Of a stretch of 34,342 nucleotides of DNA, positions 10,483 through 22,986 are shown piece after piece; position 1 is the stretch's first letter; every line of letters starts with the position of its first letter. Source of the stretch: Octopus bimaculoides (taxonomy: Eukaryota); the NCBI RefSeq assembly GCF_001194135.2, contig NC_068984.1:56346736-56381077 (forward strand), written 5' to 3'. A program made the translations under genes and the position numbers. The notes under the pieces were generated by a model that searched no databases, was not told the DNA's origin, and saw only the letters and a program-made list of their open reading frames with translations.

Positions 10483-10517
<35 letters not shown>

Positions 10518-10854
10518 GCATATATACACATGTATATATATACACACACACACTAAATACAATATGTTTTTACGTGCTAGTACTAGTTTCATGCCACAGA
10601 GGCCGGATTTATCGAACATTTATTTGCTTCCATAACTGGTTATATATTTTAGTGAAATACATCTACCAACGTTATGAAGTCACTCTGCATCCCAGAAACA
10701 GTTGTCAGACTTGTAACACCATTCCTTTTCCTCTTTATTTTCTGTGTCTTTGTACTCTGTGTAAGTTTGCTCTACTAATATATAGATATCTATGTATTTA
10801 TACTTGAATATTCATTGTCTGAAAATTTTCAGTCTTTCTTTTTCTCTTTTTACT

Positions 10855-10904
<50 letters not shown>

Positions 10905-11316
10905 ATACCAAACCCAAGCTGTTTTATTTGTTTATTTGCATCACTGTCTTCATATCTGCTTAACTAGATTCTTCTTATAGACATTCTTTATCCTGCCAAC
11001 TTGGTCAGTAAAGGTTTCAGAGTGTAAGTCCACATCATTTCATCACTTCTAAGTGTTTTCTATGTTGAGAATCTCCAGAACTCACCTATTAACTCTATAC
11101 CATAAGTATATGTATGTATGAATGTATGTATGTATGTATGTATGTATACATACATAGGGTAGGCTCCTTTCAGTTTCCATCTACCAAATCTACTCACAGG
11201 GTTTTGGTTGGTTCAGAGCTATAATAGAAGCCACTTTCTCAAAGTGCCTATGCATGTGTAGCGAACAACTTAAGGGAGACTTCTCTCTCTCTCTGTTATA
11301 TATACATGGACATGGA

Positions 11317-11886
11317 CGTAGTGGAGAACAGCTAGCTTTCGGCCACATTTTTGGACCCTGTTGTATCCACCACTCTGATTGATTGGTATTGGCGCATTTT
11401 GTCTCCTGTTCTATTGCGTGCCAAGATGCAACCCAACCAATCGCAGCCTTCAGATAAGGTCGCGTGAGACAGTTTTCCTGAACCCCAGTTTGAACCAATA
11501 GTATGTTATAAATAGCTAGCTTTTTGCCGTCACAGTTTGTCAGTCCAGCTCCAGACCTTTTTAGGTCTAACCGCTGGCCACAGAGCACACAGCCAGTTCC
11601 AGCGACGACACGACAGCAGCGTCATGGAGACTCGTCAACACTTTGTTCAACTGCTTACGGCAAACTCCATCTTCATCACCTCCAGCTTCTTAGCGTCTAC
11701 ACCAACTTCTCTATGTACACATCAACAACAGCACCCACACAGGTTCCATCACCTCACTGTTTGTGAATTACTTCACCATGGTTAACAGTGAATACAACCT
11801 GTGAGAACTCCTGTAGCAAGTAACCGGCAGCAACATTGAAGTCACAACTTCTTACACGATGTGTGCCTCTCCCTGGCTCTGCTACA
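11317..11886 (+). mobile_element. Possible second solo LTR with an intact Pol II core promoter layout
   Basis: Termini CGTAG.../...CTACA with an imperfect flank duplication (tgga/tggc). It contains ATTGG x2, CCAAT at 11437 and 11495, TATAAATA at 11507, and Inr-like CAGTT/TCAGTC at 11533-11545. The boundaries are tentative. Confidence 0.4.
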
Positions 11887-12058
11887 TGGCTTCAACTTCT
11901 TGTTACAGCACCTCGACCACTGTGTAACTTGTTGCCTTTGACAGTTCCTTTATGTAAAAATCCAACCAGTCAAATTTCCCACAAATTACTCTCTAATGTT
12001 TCTATCATTTTTCAAGAAATGAATGACAATTAGAGCATCAGACAAAATGCCTGGCTAA

Positions 12059-12277
12059 GGTGGTGAGCTGGCAGAATTGTTAGTGTGCTGGGAAAAATGC
12101 TTAGTGGTATTTCACCTGTCTTAATGTTCTGAGTTCAAATTCCACCAAGGTCAACTTTGCCTTTCATTCTTATGGGATAAATAAAATAAGTACCAGTTGA
12201 ACACTGGGGGCAATGTAATCAATTTAATCTCTTCCCCTGAACTTACTGGCCTTGTGCCAAAATTAGAAACCAATATT
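12059..12277 (+). mobile_element. Family-B SINE
   Basis: ggtgagctggcagaa...gagttcaaattcc...gcctttcat...aagtaccagttga...ggccttgtgccaaaattagaaac. Related copies lie at 19180-19400, 20150-20320 and 33590-33770. Confidence 0.8.
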
Positions 12278-12295
12278 TGTTCTGGTTCATAACAT

Positions 12296-13143
12296 ACTGA
12301 AGTACAGCTCCCAAAATTACTGCAGAGCTTAATGACCACCTTGAGAACCCAGTTTCCACAAAAACTGTTCACCAGGAGCTGCACAAAGCCGGATTTCATG
12401 GGAGGGATGCAATCAGAAAACCTCTACTTTCTGAAACAAATATTGCAAAGTGTTTAGAGTGGAGTAAAAACCTACAGAATTGGTCCCTAGAGCAGCGGAA
12501 GAATGTTTTCTTGGACGAGTCATCTTTTACCTTATTTCTGACTACTGGCCGAGTATACGTGTGGAGACAGCCAAAAGAAGCATTTGATCCAGACTGCCTT
12601 CTTTCATCTGTTAAACATGGAGGAGAATCTGCGATGATCTGGGGGGGCTATATCTTGGAAATCCGTTGGCCCAATGGTTTCCCTTTATGGCAGAATTAAT
12701 AGAGAAATCTATTTAAGCATTTTACCTGGTCAAATTCATCCTATAGTTGCACAACTGTTTCTAGAGGGAATCACAATCTTTCAGGATGATAATGCACTAA
12801 TTCACACAGCTAAAGTTGTTACTGAATGGCACGAGAAACTTTCTAGTGAAGTTGGACATTTTATCTGGCCACCACAGTCCTCAGATCTCCGTATTATTGA
12901 ACATTTATGGTGCATTTTAGAAAAACAAGTAAGGAGTCAATATCCTCCACCATCATCACTACAAGAACTGGAAACTGTTTTAGCTGAAGTATGGTCAAAA
13001 ATTCCTTTGCAAACAATTCAAACTTCATGAGTCCATACCTCATAGAATTCAAGCTGTAATTAGTGCCAAAGGCAGTCCTACCCAATATTAAAATAAATTT
13101 GTTTGAAATTTTAAGGTGTTACCATTATTTTGTCCAACCCCTG
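12296..13143 (+). mobile_element. 5'-truncated Tc1-type transposon, inactivated DD36E transposase
   Basis: Motifs TAPKITAELN...VSTKTV, DESSF, VKHGGESAMIWG, FQDDNALIH...WPPQSSDLRIIEHLW, and IQAVISAKG. It has frameshifts. The 3' TIR ...ttttgtccaacccctg is followed by TA. Confidence 0.93.
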
Positions 13144-14115
13144 TATAAAACAAACGAAGGAAAAAACGATTCCTTCAAGAGTTGTAAAACATCCAAATCA
13201 TTAGTATATATCATTATATTCATAGCTAAATATTAATTATAAATTTTAAGTAAGCTATCTTTATTATACTCAATGATTATACATTTATAAATAGATTTAA
13301 TTTATTAATTAATGATAATAATAATAAATGAATAATTTTATATAATGCCATATTGTAATCAAAAACATTTATTTCCAAGTACGTATTTCCAGCTTTTTTT
13401 ATATAGGTAATTTATTTATAAATATATAAATTTTGACTTACAAAGATATATTTTTTCCTCTGATAAACTAAGTAATTTGGTATTTATTCAAGGAATAATG
13501 TTTATGCAAATATGAATAAGTAGATTACAACAATTATTATATATATATAATAATTATATGTATTTATTGTGATACAAACTAAGTTTAATAATTTTTATAA
13601 TATTGTGTACTTTAGAGCTTGTATACATATTGCAATACTTTAGTAAAGACTTAGTGAAATTTAGAAATTTAGAAAGACTTAGTGAAATTTAGATATATAT
13701 TTATCATTTATAGTTTATTATCTCTTTATCTAAGAAATAATATAGGTTATAATAATCGTAGATCTATGTTATGTTTATTTTATTTACGGAGTTCTCCCTT
13801 CGATAAACTACATAAATAAGGACCATTATTTGTTAGTTACTTTGAATAATCTTTATATCAATAAAAATAAATAAATGAGAGGAGCTATTACATATTATCA
13901 TTATATATATAATTTATATGTATTTTCTTTGAGTAATTGTAAATATATGAAAAGTAGCACATATAAATAAATAAATAGTTGATATAGTAGAAATACATTA
14001 TTTCAAACATGTATAGGCATATTTATAGAATAAATATTGATTTACATGATTTAACCATCTCTAAAATTAAGTAAAACTCTGATACTTTATTTATCTATAT
14101 ATTATTATTATATAT

Positions 14116-14259
14116 GGCGTTAGGAAGGGCATCCAGCTGTAGAAACTCTGCCAAATTAGATTGGAGCCTGGTGTTGCCATCCGGTTTCACCAGTCCTCAG
14201 TCAAATCGTCCAACCCATGCTAGCATGGAAAGCGGACGTTAAACGATGATGATGATGAT
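14116..14259 (+). mobile_element. Family-A SINE, 5'-truncated young copy
   Basis: ggcgttaggaagggcatcc...ggacgttaaacgatgatgatgat; near-identical to 28120-28241. Confidence 0.9.
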
Positions 14260-14751
14260 ATATCATTAGAATGGCCAGTGATTATTTTCGATTTAAATAC
14301 ATTTAGATTAATATTATTGGAGACACATAATAACATTTTTTTACTGTTGTAAATTTTTGTTACTTAATTATTTTATCCATTTGAATTTTGTTGTTTTTTT
14401 ATTGTACTTATTATGTATTTGAACTATTAATGCTCACACTCCTAAACATAGGTATTTTGAATCAGTATTTTGCAATCTGGCAGTCTTTTTACATGGAATT
14501 TCATCTGTCTTTTTGAAGCAAGGCCCTGAAGAGATTTGTATACATAGATATGAATTGTTTATGAATCGAACAATGTATATAAGTTGAAGCAAATTGTTTA
14601 TAAATCAAACAATGTACATGAGTTGAAACAAATTTTGGCTTTATTTGTTTGTTTTTTTAAATTGGTTGTTATATTATATTTTATAATGTATTATATTATA
14701 ATGTAAATAAATTGTTAGATTGTCAATTGTATTTCTCTATTTATCATATAT

Positions 14752-15105
14752 ATGTGGCTGATGCCAGTACACCAGACTAGCTCCTGTGCTGGTGGCACGT
14801 AAAAAGCACCAACCAATCGTGACCGATGTCAATACTCTCTGTCTGGCTCCTGTGCCTGTGGCACATAAAAAGCACCATCCAAATGTGATCGTTGCCAGGC
14901 CCACCTTACTGTCTCCTGCACCAGTGGCACATAAAAAGCACCCACTACACTCTTGGAGTGGTTGGCGTTAGGAGGGGCATCCAACTGTAGAAATTCTGCC
15001 AGACCAGATTGGAACCTGGTGCAGCCACTGGCTCTCCAGACCTCAGTCAAACCGCCCAACCTATGCTAGCATGGGAAACAGACATGAATCGATCATAATG
15101 ATAAT
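14752..15105 (+). mobile_element. Family-A SINE, longer copy with a 66-bp internal tandem repeat
   Basis: Three gtggcacRtaaaaagcacc cores at 14792, 14858 and 14924, followed by the standard family-A 3' body. Confidence 0.85.
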
Positions 15106-15339
15106 GTGAGTGTGTGACAGGTTTCTTTCAGTTTCCATCACAAGGCTTTGGTCAGCATGGAGCTATAGTAAAAGATACCTGCCCAAGATGCCATGCTGTA
15201 AGACTGAAATTGAAGCTGCCATATGTCCTGGAAAGCAACCTTCTTACCACACACCCATACCTGCACCATGTGAAATTTTATTAAGGAAGGGACTAAACAG
15301 CTTTTTGATGATAATATTATTGAGCCTTCAGTCTCTCTT

Positions 15340-15830
15340 TGGCAAGCACAAGTGATAAAAGCAGAAAACAATGACAAACAATGCCTGACTTTCACAAATG
15401 CTAAATCACTACACAGCTTTCTAGATGTCTGTCCTTTTCCTAAGATTTAAAATCTTGTGCATTCTATTTCCCACAATAATTTTAACAGCAAACTGGATCT
15501 CAAAGCAGAGTGTTTATTCCAGTTTACAAGGTTATTCTTTGATGTGGCTAAGGTTGTAAGCATTTTTCAGAGTGATGGATAGTGTAATTACCAACAGTGA
15601 TATGTAACTAAGTTGCACCTATCTTGATAATGTCATTGTTGTTGATAAAACTGTTAAGAAACATGATGGGAACTTCAAATGATTTACTTCAGTTATTCAG
15701 AAACTTAATATTGCATTGAACAATAGCAAATATCTTCTTTGCTAAGCATTCATTTATTACCTAAGTACATTACATACAGCCTGATTGGGAAAGATTGAAA
15801 CTTCCCATCAATTAATCAATGTCTAACAAT
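15340..15830 (+). mobile_element. Highly degraded Gypsy LTR-retrotransposon reverse transcriptase remnant
   Basis: Remnants in the expected order: D.CPFPKI, SKLDLKA, FQFTRLFF.V, and YLDNVIVVDKTVKKHDGNFK*F...LNIALNNSK (decayed YLDD). Confidence 0.75.
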
Positions 15831-16383
15831 GCTAAACAACTACAACTATTGAGTTTGTCTAGACATATCTACCAAAAATAGTATTGGTATTTTCTGCTAG
15901 TCACATTACTTGACATATCTCAACAGAAAACAGTTTCAAACAACATTTTTCAACAAAAGATAGATTAGTATATAAAACTGCCTTCCACAGTTAAGGGATA
16001 ATGGAATTTTGAACAGATATAACTGCTTTTCACAATAAAGGGGTTGATGTTCATAACAAGACTTCTTGCTACAAATGAACTGTTGTGTATGAATAACTGG
16101 AAAAAATCTGCTTGTTGATGTGCTGTTCAGCCACAAGTCTTCCCTGAACAAGCACACCTGTCATCAAAGGTATTCCAACCATAACGTTTTTGATTTTTTT
16201 TTCATAGATACTGTATCTTGCACATTACCCAATGTGTATTTGCATCTTTTTTTCCTTTTTTAGTGGGAAGAAATATGTCCTCTACTGTAGCCCTGGACTG
16301 ATCAATATCTTGTGAGTAGATTGGGTATGTATGTATATGTGTGTTTGTGTTGTATATATATATATAGCCACACACATACATTC

Positions 16384-16453
<70 letters not shown>

Positions 16454-16509
16454 TGATGGATTCTCTCGTCATGAACAACAAATGAGAGTTCAGTAAAATA
16501 AAGCAGTAA

Positions 16510-17120
16510 TCATGTTCTATGTATATGCATGTGCCTCTGGAGGCCTGCTGGTGTCTTGCAAACGTTTTGGCAAATGGAACAAGTTGAGGACTCAGCTTGC
16601 TTGAGTGCTTGTGGATCATTTACTATCTGCTTTCTTGAGTGAATGGCAAGGCCTGCTTTGCTTTGTGCCACAAAACCACAATGATAGGTAAGGTTTCCAT
16701 TTTGAGGAGCAGCATTTTGCCAGTATACCTTCATACTTGCACAAAGTTTGTCCTGATGTTGAAGTCAACTTCACTCAAATCTTTGAACTGAGGAGAAGTA
16801 GGACTGGCACCAGGTACTGCATTCTGATGCTTTGTTTTCCCAGGAAGAAAAGGGAATGTTGCATCACTTCAGATTGTCTTTTAATTTGTCTTTGAAACAC
16901 AAAAGTGGCCTTCCAGCTGACCTTCCTGTTGGGAATTGGCCAAAAAGAAGTTGCTTTGGAATACTGATATTACTCTTACGTGAGAGGTGACCTGACCATC
17001 TACGCTGTATTTTGATGAGGATAGCTTCAATACTTGATATGTTGCATTTTGTTAGCACTCCACTGTTACGAATATGGTCACTTGTTATATGTTGGAGAAA
17101 GTACCCAAGCATTGCATATA
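16510..17120 (-). mobile_element. RTE-clade LINE 3' fragment with degenerate C2H2-like motifs
   Basis: ...DHIRNSGVL...SIEAILIKIQRRWSGHLSR...IPKQLLFGQF..GRSAGRPLLCFKDKLKDNLK, then CGFVAQSKAGLAIH and CSICQNVCKTPAGLQRHMHIH. Confidence 0.85.
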
Positions 17121-17139
17121 CACAAGTATATATATATCT

Positions 17140-17650
17140 ATCATCGTCACCATCATCTTTTAACATCTGTTGTCCATGCAGGCATGGGTTGGACAGTTCG
17201 ACCAGGGCTGGTAAGCTGAGGGGCTGCACCAGACTCCAGTCTGATTTGGCATGATTTCTACAGCTGGATGCCCTTCTGAGAGTATAATGAGTGCCTTTAC
17301 ATGCCACTAGCACAGGTGCCAGTTACGTGAAACCAGCATCCACCATAACTATGATTTCACTCAGCTTGATGGGTCTTCTCAAGAACAGCATATTGCCAAG
17401 GGTCTCGGTCATTTGTCATTGCCTCCGTGAGGCCCAACACTCGAAAGTTGCTTTTTACATGCCATCAGCACAGGTGCAGTTACGCAACATTGACATCGGC
17501 CACATTGCCTTCGTGAGGCCCAACGCTTGGCAGGTGCTTTTTACATGCCACCAGCATGAGTACCAGATGCCTCAACACCTGAAAGGTGCTTTTTATGTGC
17601 CACCAACACAGGTACCAATTATGCTACACTGGCATCAGCCACATTGCCTA
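17140..17650 (-). mobile_element. Family-A SINE with an expanded, irregular internal repeat region
   Basis: Reverse-complement family-A body at 17140-17290, plus four tttttaYRtgcca cores between 17295 and 17605. Confidence 0.8.
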
Positions 17651-17660
17651 CATATGTATA

Positions 17661-17859
17661 TGAGAGGTGCTGACAAGTTCCTGGCTTTAAGGGTATCGCG
17701 AAAGGCTTGGTTGGGGGCTCAACCTTCTGAGTTCTTTTACAAGGCTTAGAAAAACTGAAGAACTGCTGCAATAAGTGAGTGAATCTGAGAGGGAGATACA
17801 TTTGTATAAAATCATAATTTTCTTTTATCCAAAACCAGAAATTTTTCAGTATCCCCTCA
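17661..17859 (+). mobile_element. Mariner-derived MITE (internal deletion derivative)
   Basis: TA-flanked imperfect TIRs (tgagaggtgctgacaagttcctgg / ccagaaatttttcagtatcccctca). The interior resembles the last codons of a mariner transposase. Confidence 0.8.
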
Positions 17860-19179
17860 TATATATATATATATATATGTAACTGCACACATGCTGTTGG
17901 CAATTTCTTTTCCTTCTTTGAACTTTTCCCTTTCACCTTTCTGACTCTCTCATCTCTTGTGCATGTTCTCTTCTTGTCTGTTAATTTTACTCATTTATTT
18001 GAATTTAATTGACTATGTATATATACATATTATATATACACACACACACATACATACATGTGTATACATGCATGGGTGTATGTGTGCAAGTGTGTATGCA
18101 TATGTGTGTGTATGTGTGGGGGTCCATGTGAATATTTACATTCTGAATTTAGCTACAAACAGAAGTTGTAATTCCCAGTCAACAAATCATCTGCTCGCTC
18201 TGTGCTTTCAAAGATATGTGGAATAAGAAATCCCTTACCTGAAAAATAAATAAATGTTAGTGGTAAGAAGGGCATCTGACTGCAAAACAATACCTCACTA
18301 ATATATAAACAATAAACATATTCTAGCATGGGAATATAATATGAATGGTAGAGTGTAATTTTAGAAGGATTTGGCTGCTATTTCTAGCAGGTTGGACGAC
18401 CATGTAGAGGTTTGCTCTCTGTTGAAGATCCTTTATAGGTATGTAGTGCATCATATAGTTCCTCTCTCAGCATCATCTGCAACTCTTAAATACAATGAAT
18501 CTAATTCATTAGCACAGATTGCATATACACAAAAATTTAGAAACTTTTTGCAAACTCAAATGAGTTCCATTATTTGCCATCAAACATTGGTCAGTTCAAC
18601 AACAGAAAGTGATGGCAATCAGGGTTAGACAGGAACACATTCTTTATCACCATTATCAACCATCAGTTTCATTCTAACAACAAAGCCTCTATATAGTCAT
18701 TAACTGTCTTGAAGTAAATCTTCCTCAAATATAAATCAAAGGTAAATCTTCTTCAAATCACATCCCCTCATCATAGAAAAGGACATCCTGGATGTGAGCT
18801 TGAGTTCTGTGCATATTGGAAAAAGTCAAGATGGTCTGAGTGGCTGTTATGGGTTTGATCATAAGTCTGTTCAACCAAGACTGATCTGGGGTGAAACAAT
18901 GCCAGAATCATTGCACACAAAATATCATTATAATCATTATCACCATAATAACATGTTTCTAACAAATCACTATGGTGATTAACTAACTCCCCACTCAAAT
19001 TTCAGGAATGGAGTTACTGTATTTGCTAATGTATAAGACACAATCTTGCATAAGATGCACCTCTATTTTAAAAACCTATTTTGTGGAAAAACAAATTTAA
19101 TGTTTAATCATATACTTATGAAAGATATTTTATAGTGGTTTTGTAGGAGAAAATGTATGATTCTGTGCATTTAAATAAA

Positions 19180-19400
19180 ATATTGCTTTCAAATTTTCGG
19201 CACAAGGCCAGCAAGTTTGGGGGAGGGGGTAACTTGATAACATTGACCTCAGAGCTCAACTGGTACTTATTTTATCAACCTTGAAAGGATGAGAGGCAAA
19301 GCTGGCCTTGGCAGAATTTGAACTCAAAACATAAAGACAGACAAAATTCCACTAAGCATTTTGACCAATGTACTAACAATTCTGCTAGCTTGCCACCATA
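19180..19400 (-). mobile_element. Family-B SINE
   Basis: Reverse-complement similarity to 12059-12277. Confidence 0.8.
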
Positions 19401-19548
19401 AATTTAAATGAAATACACAATATATTGGAATAAAATATAAATCCACAAATTTATTATAAATAAACTACATTATGTGAGTACTGTATTTCAATATCATTTT
19501 CTTTCAGATCAACAGAATAGTTGTTTATATTTTGGTCAAAAGAATAGC

Positions 19549-19756
19549 CATAACCGCCTGACTGGCCTTTGTGCTGGTGGTACGTAAAAGCACCCACTAC
19601 ACTCTCTGAGTGGTTGGTGTTAGGAAGGGCATCCAGCTGTAGAAACTCTGCCAAATCAGATTGCAGAATGGTGTAGCCATCTGGTTCACCAGTCCTCAGT
19701 CAAACCGTCCAACCCATGCTAGCATGGAAAGCAGACGTTAAACGACGATGATGATA
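19549..19756 (+). mobile_element. Family-A SINE
   Basis: Single internal repeat core, standard body and (GAT)n tail. Confidence 0.9.
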
Positions 19757-20904
19757 CAGGATGTAAAATCCATAACCACTACTGGCTACCAGGATGGTGC
19801 ACCACTATGGTTTTGTTGTCATCCACTCACTGCAAATAGCTGGTAGGCAGATGAAGCATTCCTTCTATCTTTCTCAGAGAAATTTTCCTTTAGACAAATA
19901 AAAACCATTTCTAAAAGTAACAGAGTAACTAAGTAATGTAAGAAATATATCAGGTGTGAGTTATGTATACTGGGAATGAAGATATAATGAGATGATGTGA
20001 CTCCCCCGCATAACTGCCAAAGTACTGAAAGCAATTTTTCGTAAAATGTGTGCTAACAATCTGTGATATCTTGGCTTGTTTTTAATATTTTATTATTAGT
20101 GATAATTATTGTGCCAAGTGCCTAGTGACTTATGCACATCTAGTTCTCCAGCCTGCAAAACTTGGCCTCTCATAAGCCCTACTTGACTGGTTCTTTATTT
20201 CATTGATTCCAGAAGAATGAAAGACAAAACTGACATTGGCCAGATTTGAAATCAAAATATAAAGAACTGGGACTAATACAGCAAGACATTTTGTCTGGTG
20301 CTCTAACAATTTGTCATTCCACTACCCATTGTCTTAATGAAAGAGACAACAGACCGTACAAGCCATGACATACGAAAATATATGATTGCTGTAGAAATGA
20401 ATGACCTGGGGTTAAACAACAGCTGAAATCATATTACCATTATTAGCACAACTTCTAATCAATAGTATTATTATACAGCAAATAAGTAGTGCTTTTGTTA
20501 TCTTCATTGTCAAAGAATTCTTCATAAGCAAGAACTATATTCAGCTACATGGTAGTGCATGTGGAACTTAAACAGAAAATAGATTTGAGCTGTAATAATT
20601 TTTGAATAGAGAATTTTTCAGAGTAAGAATATAGTCATTTAAGCTTTTACCCACCTACCCTTTTCTGTCCCTGAGGCCCAATCCAGCATCTCTTCACCAC
20701 CATCTTTATCTCTCATTGCAGCCTCACTTGGATTACTTCTACCCACTTTTGAATAATGCAAGCAGCCATGTATCTTCTCTACAGTAAGAAACTTGTTCTG
20801 GCATCTTCTCTCATACTCTAACCTCTCATTTTCTAGCATAACGCTACAATCCTCTCTACTGTAGCCCCATTCAATCAAAGGGATCTTAGTCTTGCAAGCT
20901 ACAT

Positions 20905-21075
20905 GGCAACCTCAAAGGGCCCAGGACACTATGTAAAGTGGTTAGTGTTAGAAAGGGCATTAAGCTGTAGAAATTATGCTAAAGCTGACATTGAAGCATA
21001 ATGCAGTCTACAAACCTGTCAAACTGCCCAACCCATGCCAGCATGGAAAACAGACTTTTAAAGCTGATGATTATC
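20905..21075 (+). mobile_element. Old diverged family-A SINE
   Basis: ttagaaagggcattaagctgtagaa...acccatgccagcatggaaaacagac. Confidence 0.7.
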
Positions 21076-22388
21076 ATGATATTGTTACATAGTGCATAGT
21101 TTTTTTTATTAATTCTCTATATGGTATATATTTTTTTTCATGAAAATAAAAAAATTCAGTTGTTAGCTCAGTCACAGTCATTAAAAGATTTATTTTTCAA
21201 TGATAAAAATAACTCAGAATAGAGCTGAAATTTAAAACAGTAAAAATATTTCAAAAGCTTCCAACTATTTACTCTTTGACTATTGTCTCTTTGACTTTAT
21301 CAGCCTCTACAATATCATGATTATATCGACAGGAATCACCAAGCTGGCAATTTCCAATTTTCAGATTCTTGCAAGGATAAACTTTCAGGTCACGTTCTGG
21401 CTGTGAAAAAAAAAAAAAAAAAAATGAAGTTGACATCAATATTCAAAATAAGGTTTAATGAAACAAACAGCAAATGGGACTGAATAATGTTATTGTTGTT
21501 GTTGCTAACAATGATTAACTGTATAACATTCTGAAAATATATTTATAGTAATTTGCTCTTTTATTCAAAATCAGTTTTCATCACTGACCAACACCTAGGA
21601 AAATGATTTAAGAATAATATGTTAACAAGGCAACAACTATGCAGGTGTACACTTAGCAAGAAATAATAGCCAAAACACCGTCCAATCAGATGTGGTTGAG
21701 TTCCTTGTACATTGGTAAAAATAAGGAATGTTCATAGTTCAGGACTGATCTGGATCTATATAACATCAGTACAGTAAACAACCAACAAAGAAGACTCTAT
21801 ACAGTGACACAATCTGCAAGAATAGTAGTCAAATTTGTCTTGAATCACTCCCATGATATACTGAACAATGCAGTTCCTGATATACAGAAAAATAGAAAGG
21901 TTACAACTGGAATACCTATGATCATAGGTCTGTTCCAGCAATTAAATAATAATAACAGAAAGTTAACTATAATACAACAAGAATTTGTTATGTAAGCTTT
22001 CAAAGCAGAGATCTATTACTTGAAAAATCAATAAAATACAAGGCTGGTCTGGATAGTCTAACAAGCTTTTCAGTTGCCTCTCAATTCTGAGTTCAAACTC
22101 TACAAAAACAAATGAAATTCTACATCCCTCTCAACTTAATAAAGTAACTACTAATAAATAATAAACCGTTATAATTAAGTCAAAATGAAGACCATCATTT
22201 CCACAATAAGATGATTAGTCTATTAGTCATAATCAGAGGATTCTAGTAGCCAACTTCATGCTTAACCAACTCTTCTTAAACAGAGACAAGCAGAATTAGT
22301 CAATTGCATGTCCAAAAAAATCTGTAAACATACTAAGCCAAAACAAATTAAATGTGAGACAATTTTGTCTTCTCCATGTAGCTTGGAG

Positions 22389-22683
22389 TAGCGGGCCCGA
22401 ACTATTTTTTGCATCACAGACTGGTTTTATGTAAAACAATTTTTCCAAAGACCAGGGTATCATGCACATATCAAAACACAATGAAGTGTATAATACACAA
22501 TTTAATTATTATAAATATGAGTATATAATGCAAAGACAATCACCAGACTGCAATAGTCAATAAAAATTAAATAAAATTTTAAAATGTATTCTTTCTTGTG
22601 TGGCCCTGTACCAAATGATCCATAGCTCAGAAATAACCCACAGCTCAGAACTGGTCTGCAGCCCGGTGGCTGAAGGACCCCTA
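22389..22683. mobile_element. hAT-type MITE remnant
   Basis: The left end (...ttttttgcatcacagactggttttatg...aatttttcca) and right end (ctggtctgcagcccggtggctgaaggacccct) resemble the termini of hAT-Charlie-type MITEs. No TSD could be resolved. Confidence 0.5.
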
Positions 22684-22986
22684 CCTTGGAGGACTGAACT
22701 TATCACTGGAAGCTAATAAAGTACTCCATAAATCTCTGCATAGAGACACCCACATTAAACTCAGTGACCATTACATTTGTAGAGCTTCTGAAACAGGTCA
22801 AGCATGTCGCTGGTACCAGCAGCAGCAGAGGAGGTAGAAGCTATGATATGAGCTGCTGAAGTAGGAAAAAGCTTATCTATTCTCAGACTAGAGTCCTGGT
22901 AAAAATGCTTCGTAGCAGAATGGACTCTACTAAAGGAGCCCAAGACCAGGTGATGGTGCTGAACTGGTTGATGGACCAGGTCCTTT

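Noticed and set aside
10161-10807. ORFs rich in YI/CV/HT repeats (also about 8240-8480, 16300-16620 and 17957-18226)
   Set aside because: They are translations of TA/TG/CA microsatellites.
13200-14100. NUMT or other functional element in the extremely AT-rich tract
   Set aside because: No mitochondrial gene or tRNA similarity is recognisable; only short local duplications (for example a 20-bp repeat at about 13646-13693) are present.
14782-14942. CRISPR array (30-bp repeats, 36-bp spacers)
   Set aside because: The spacers resemble each other, the unit is part of a dispersed SINE, the DNA is eukaryotic and there are no cas genes.
20639-20878. 79-aa minus-strand ORF as a TRMT1 terminal exon
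   Set aside because: It has no Trm1 or zinc-finger similarity and no pyrimidine-rich acceptor; it is probably old repeat debris.
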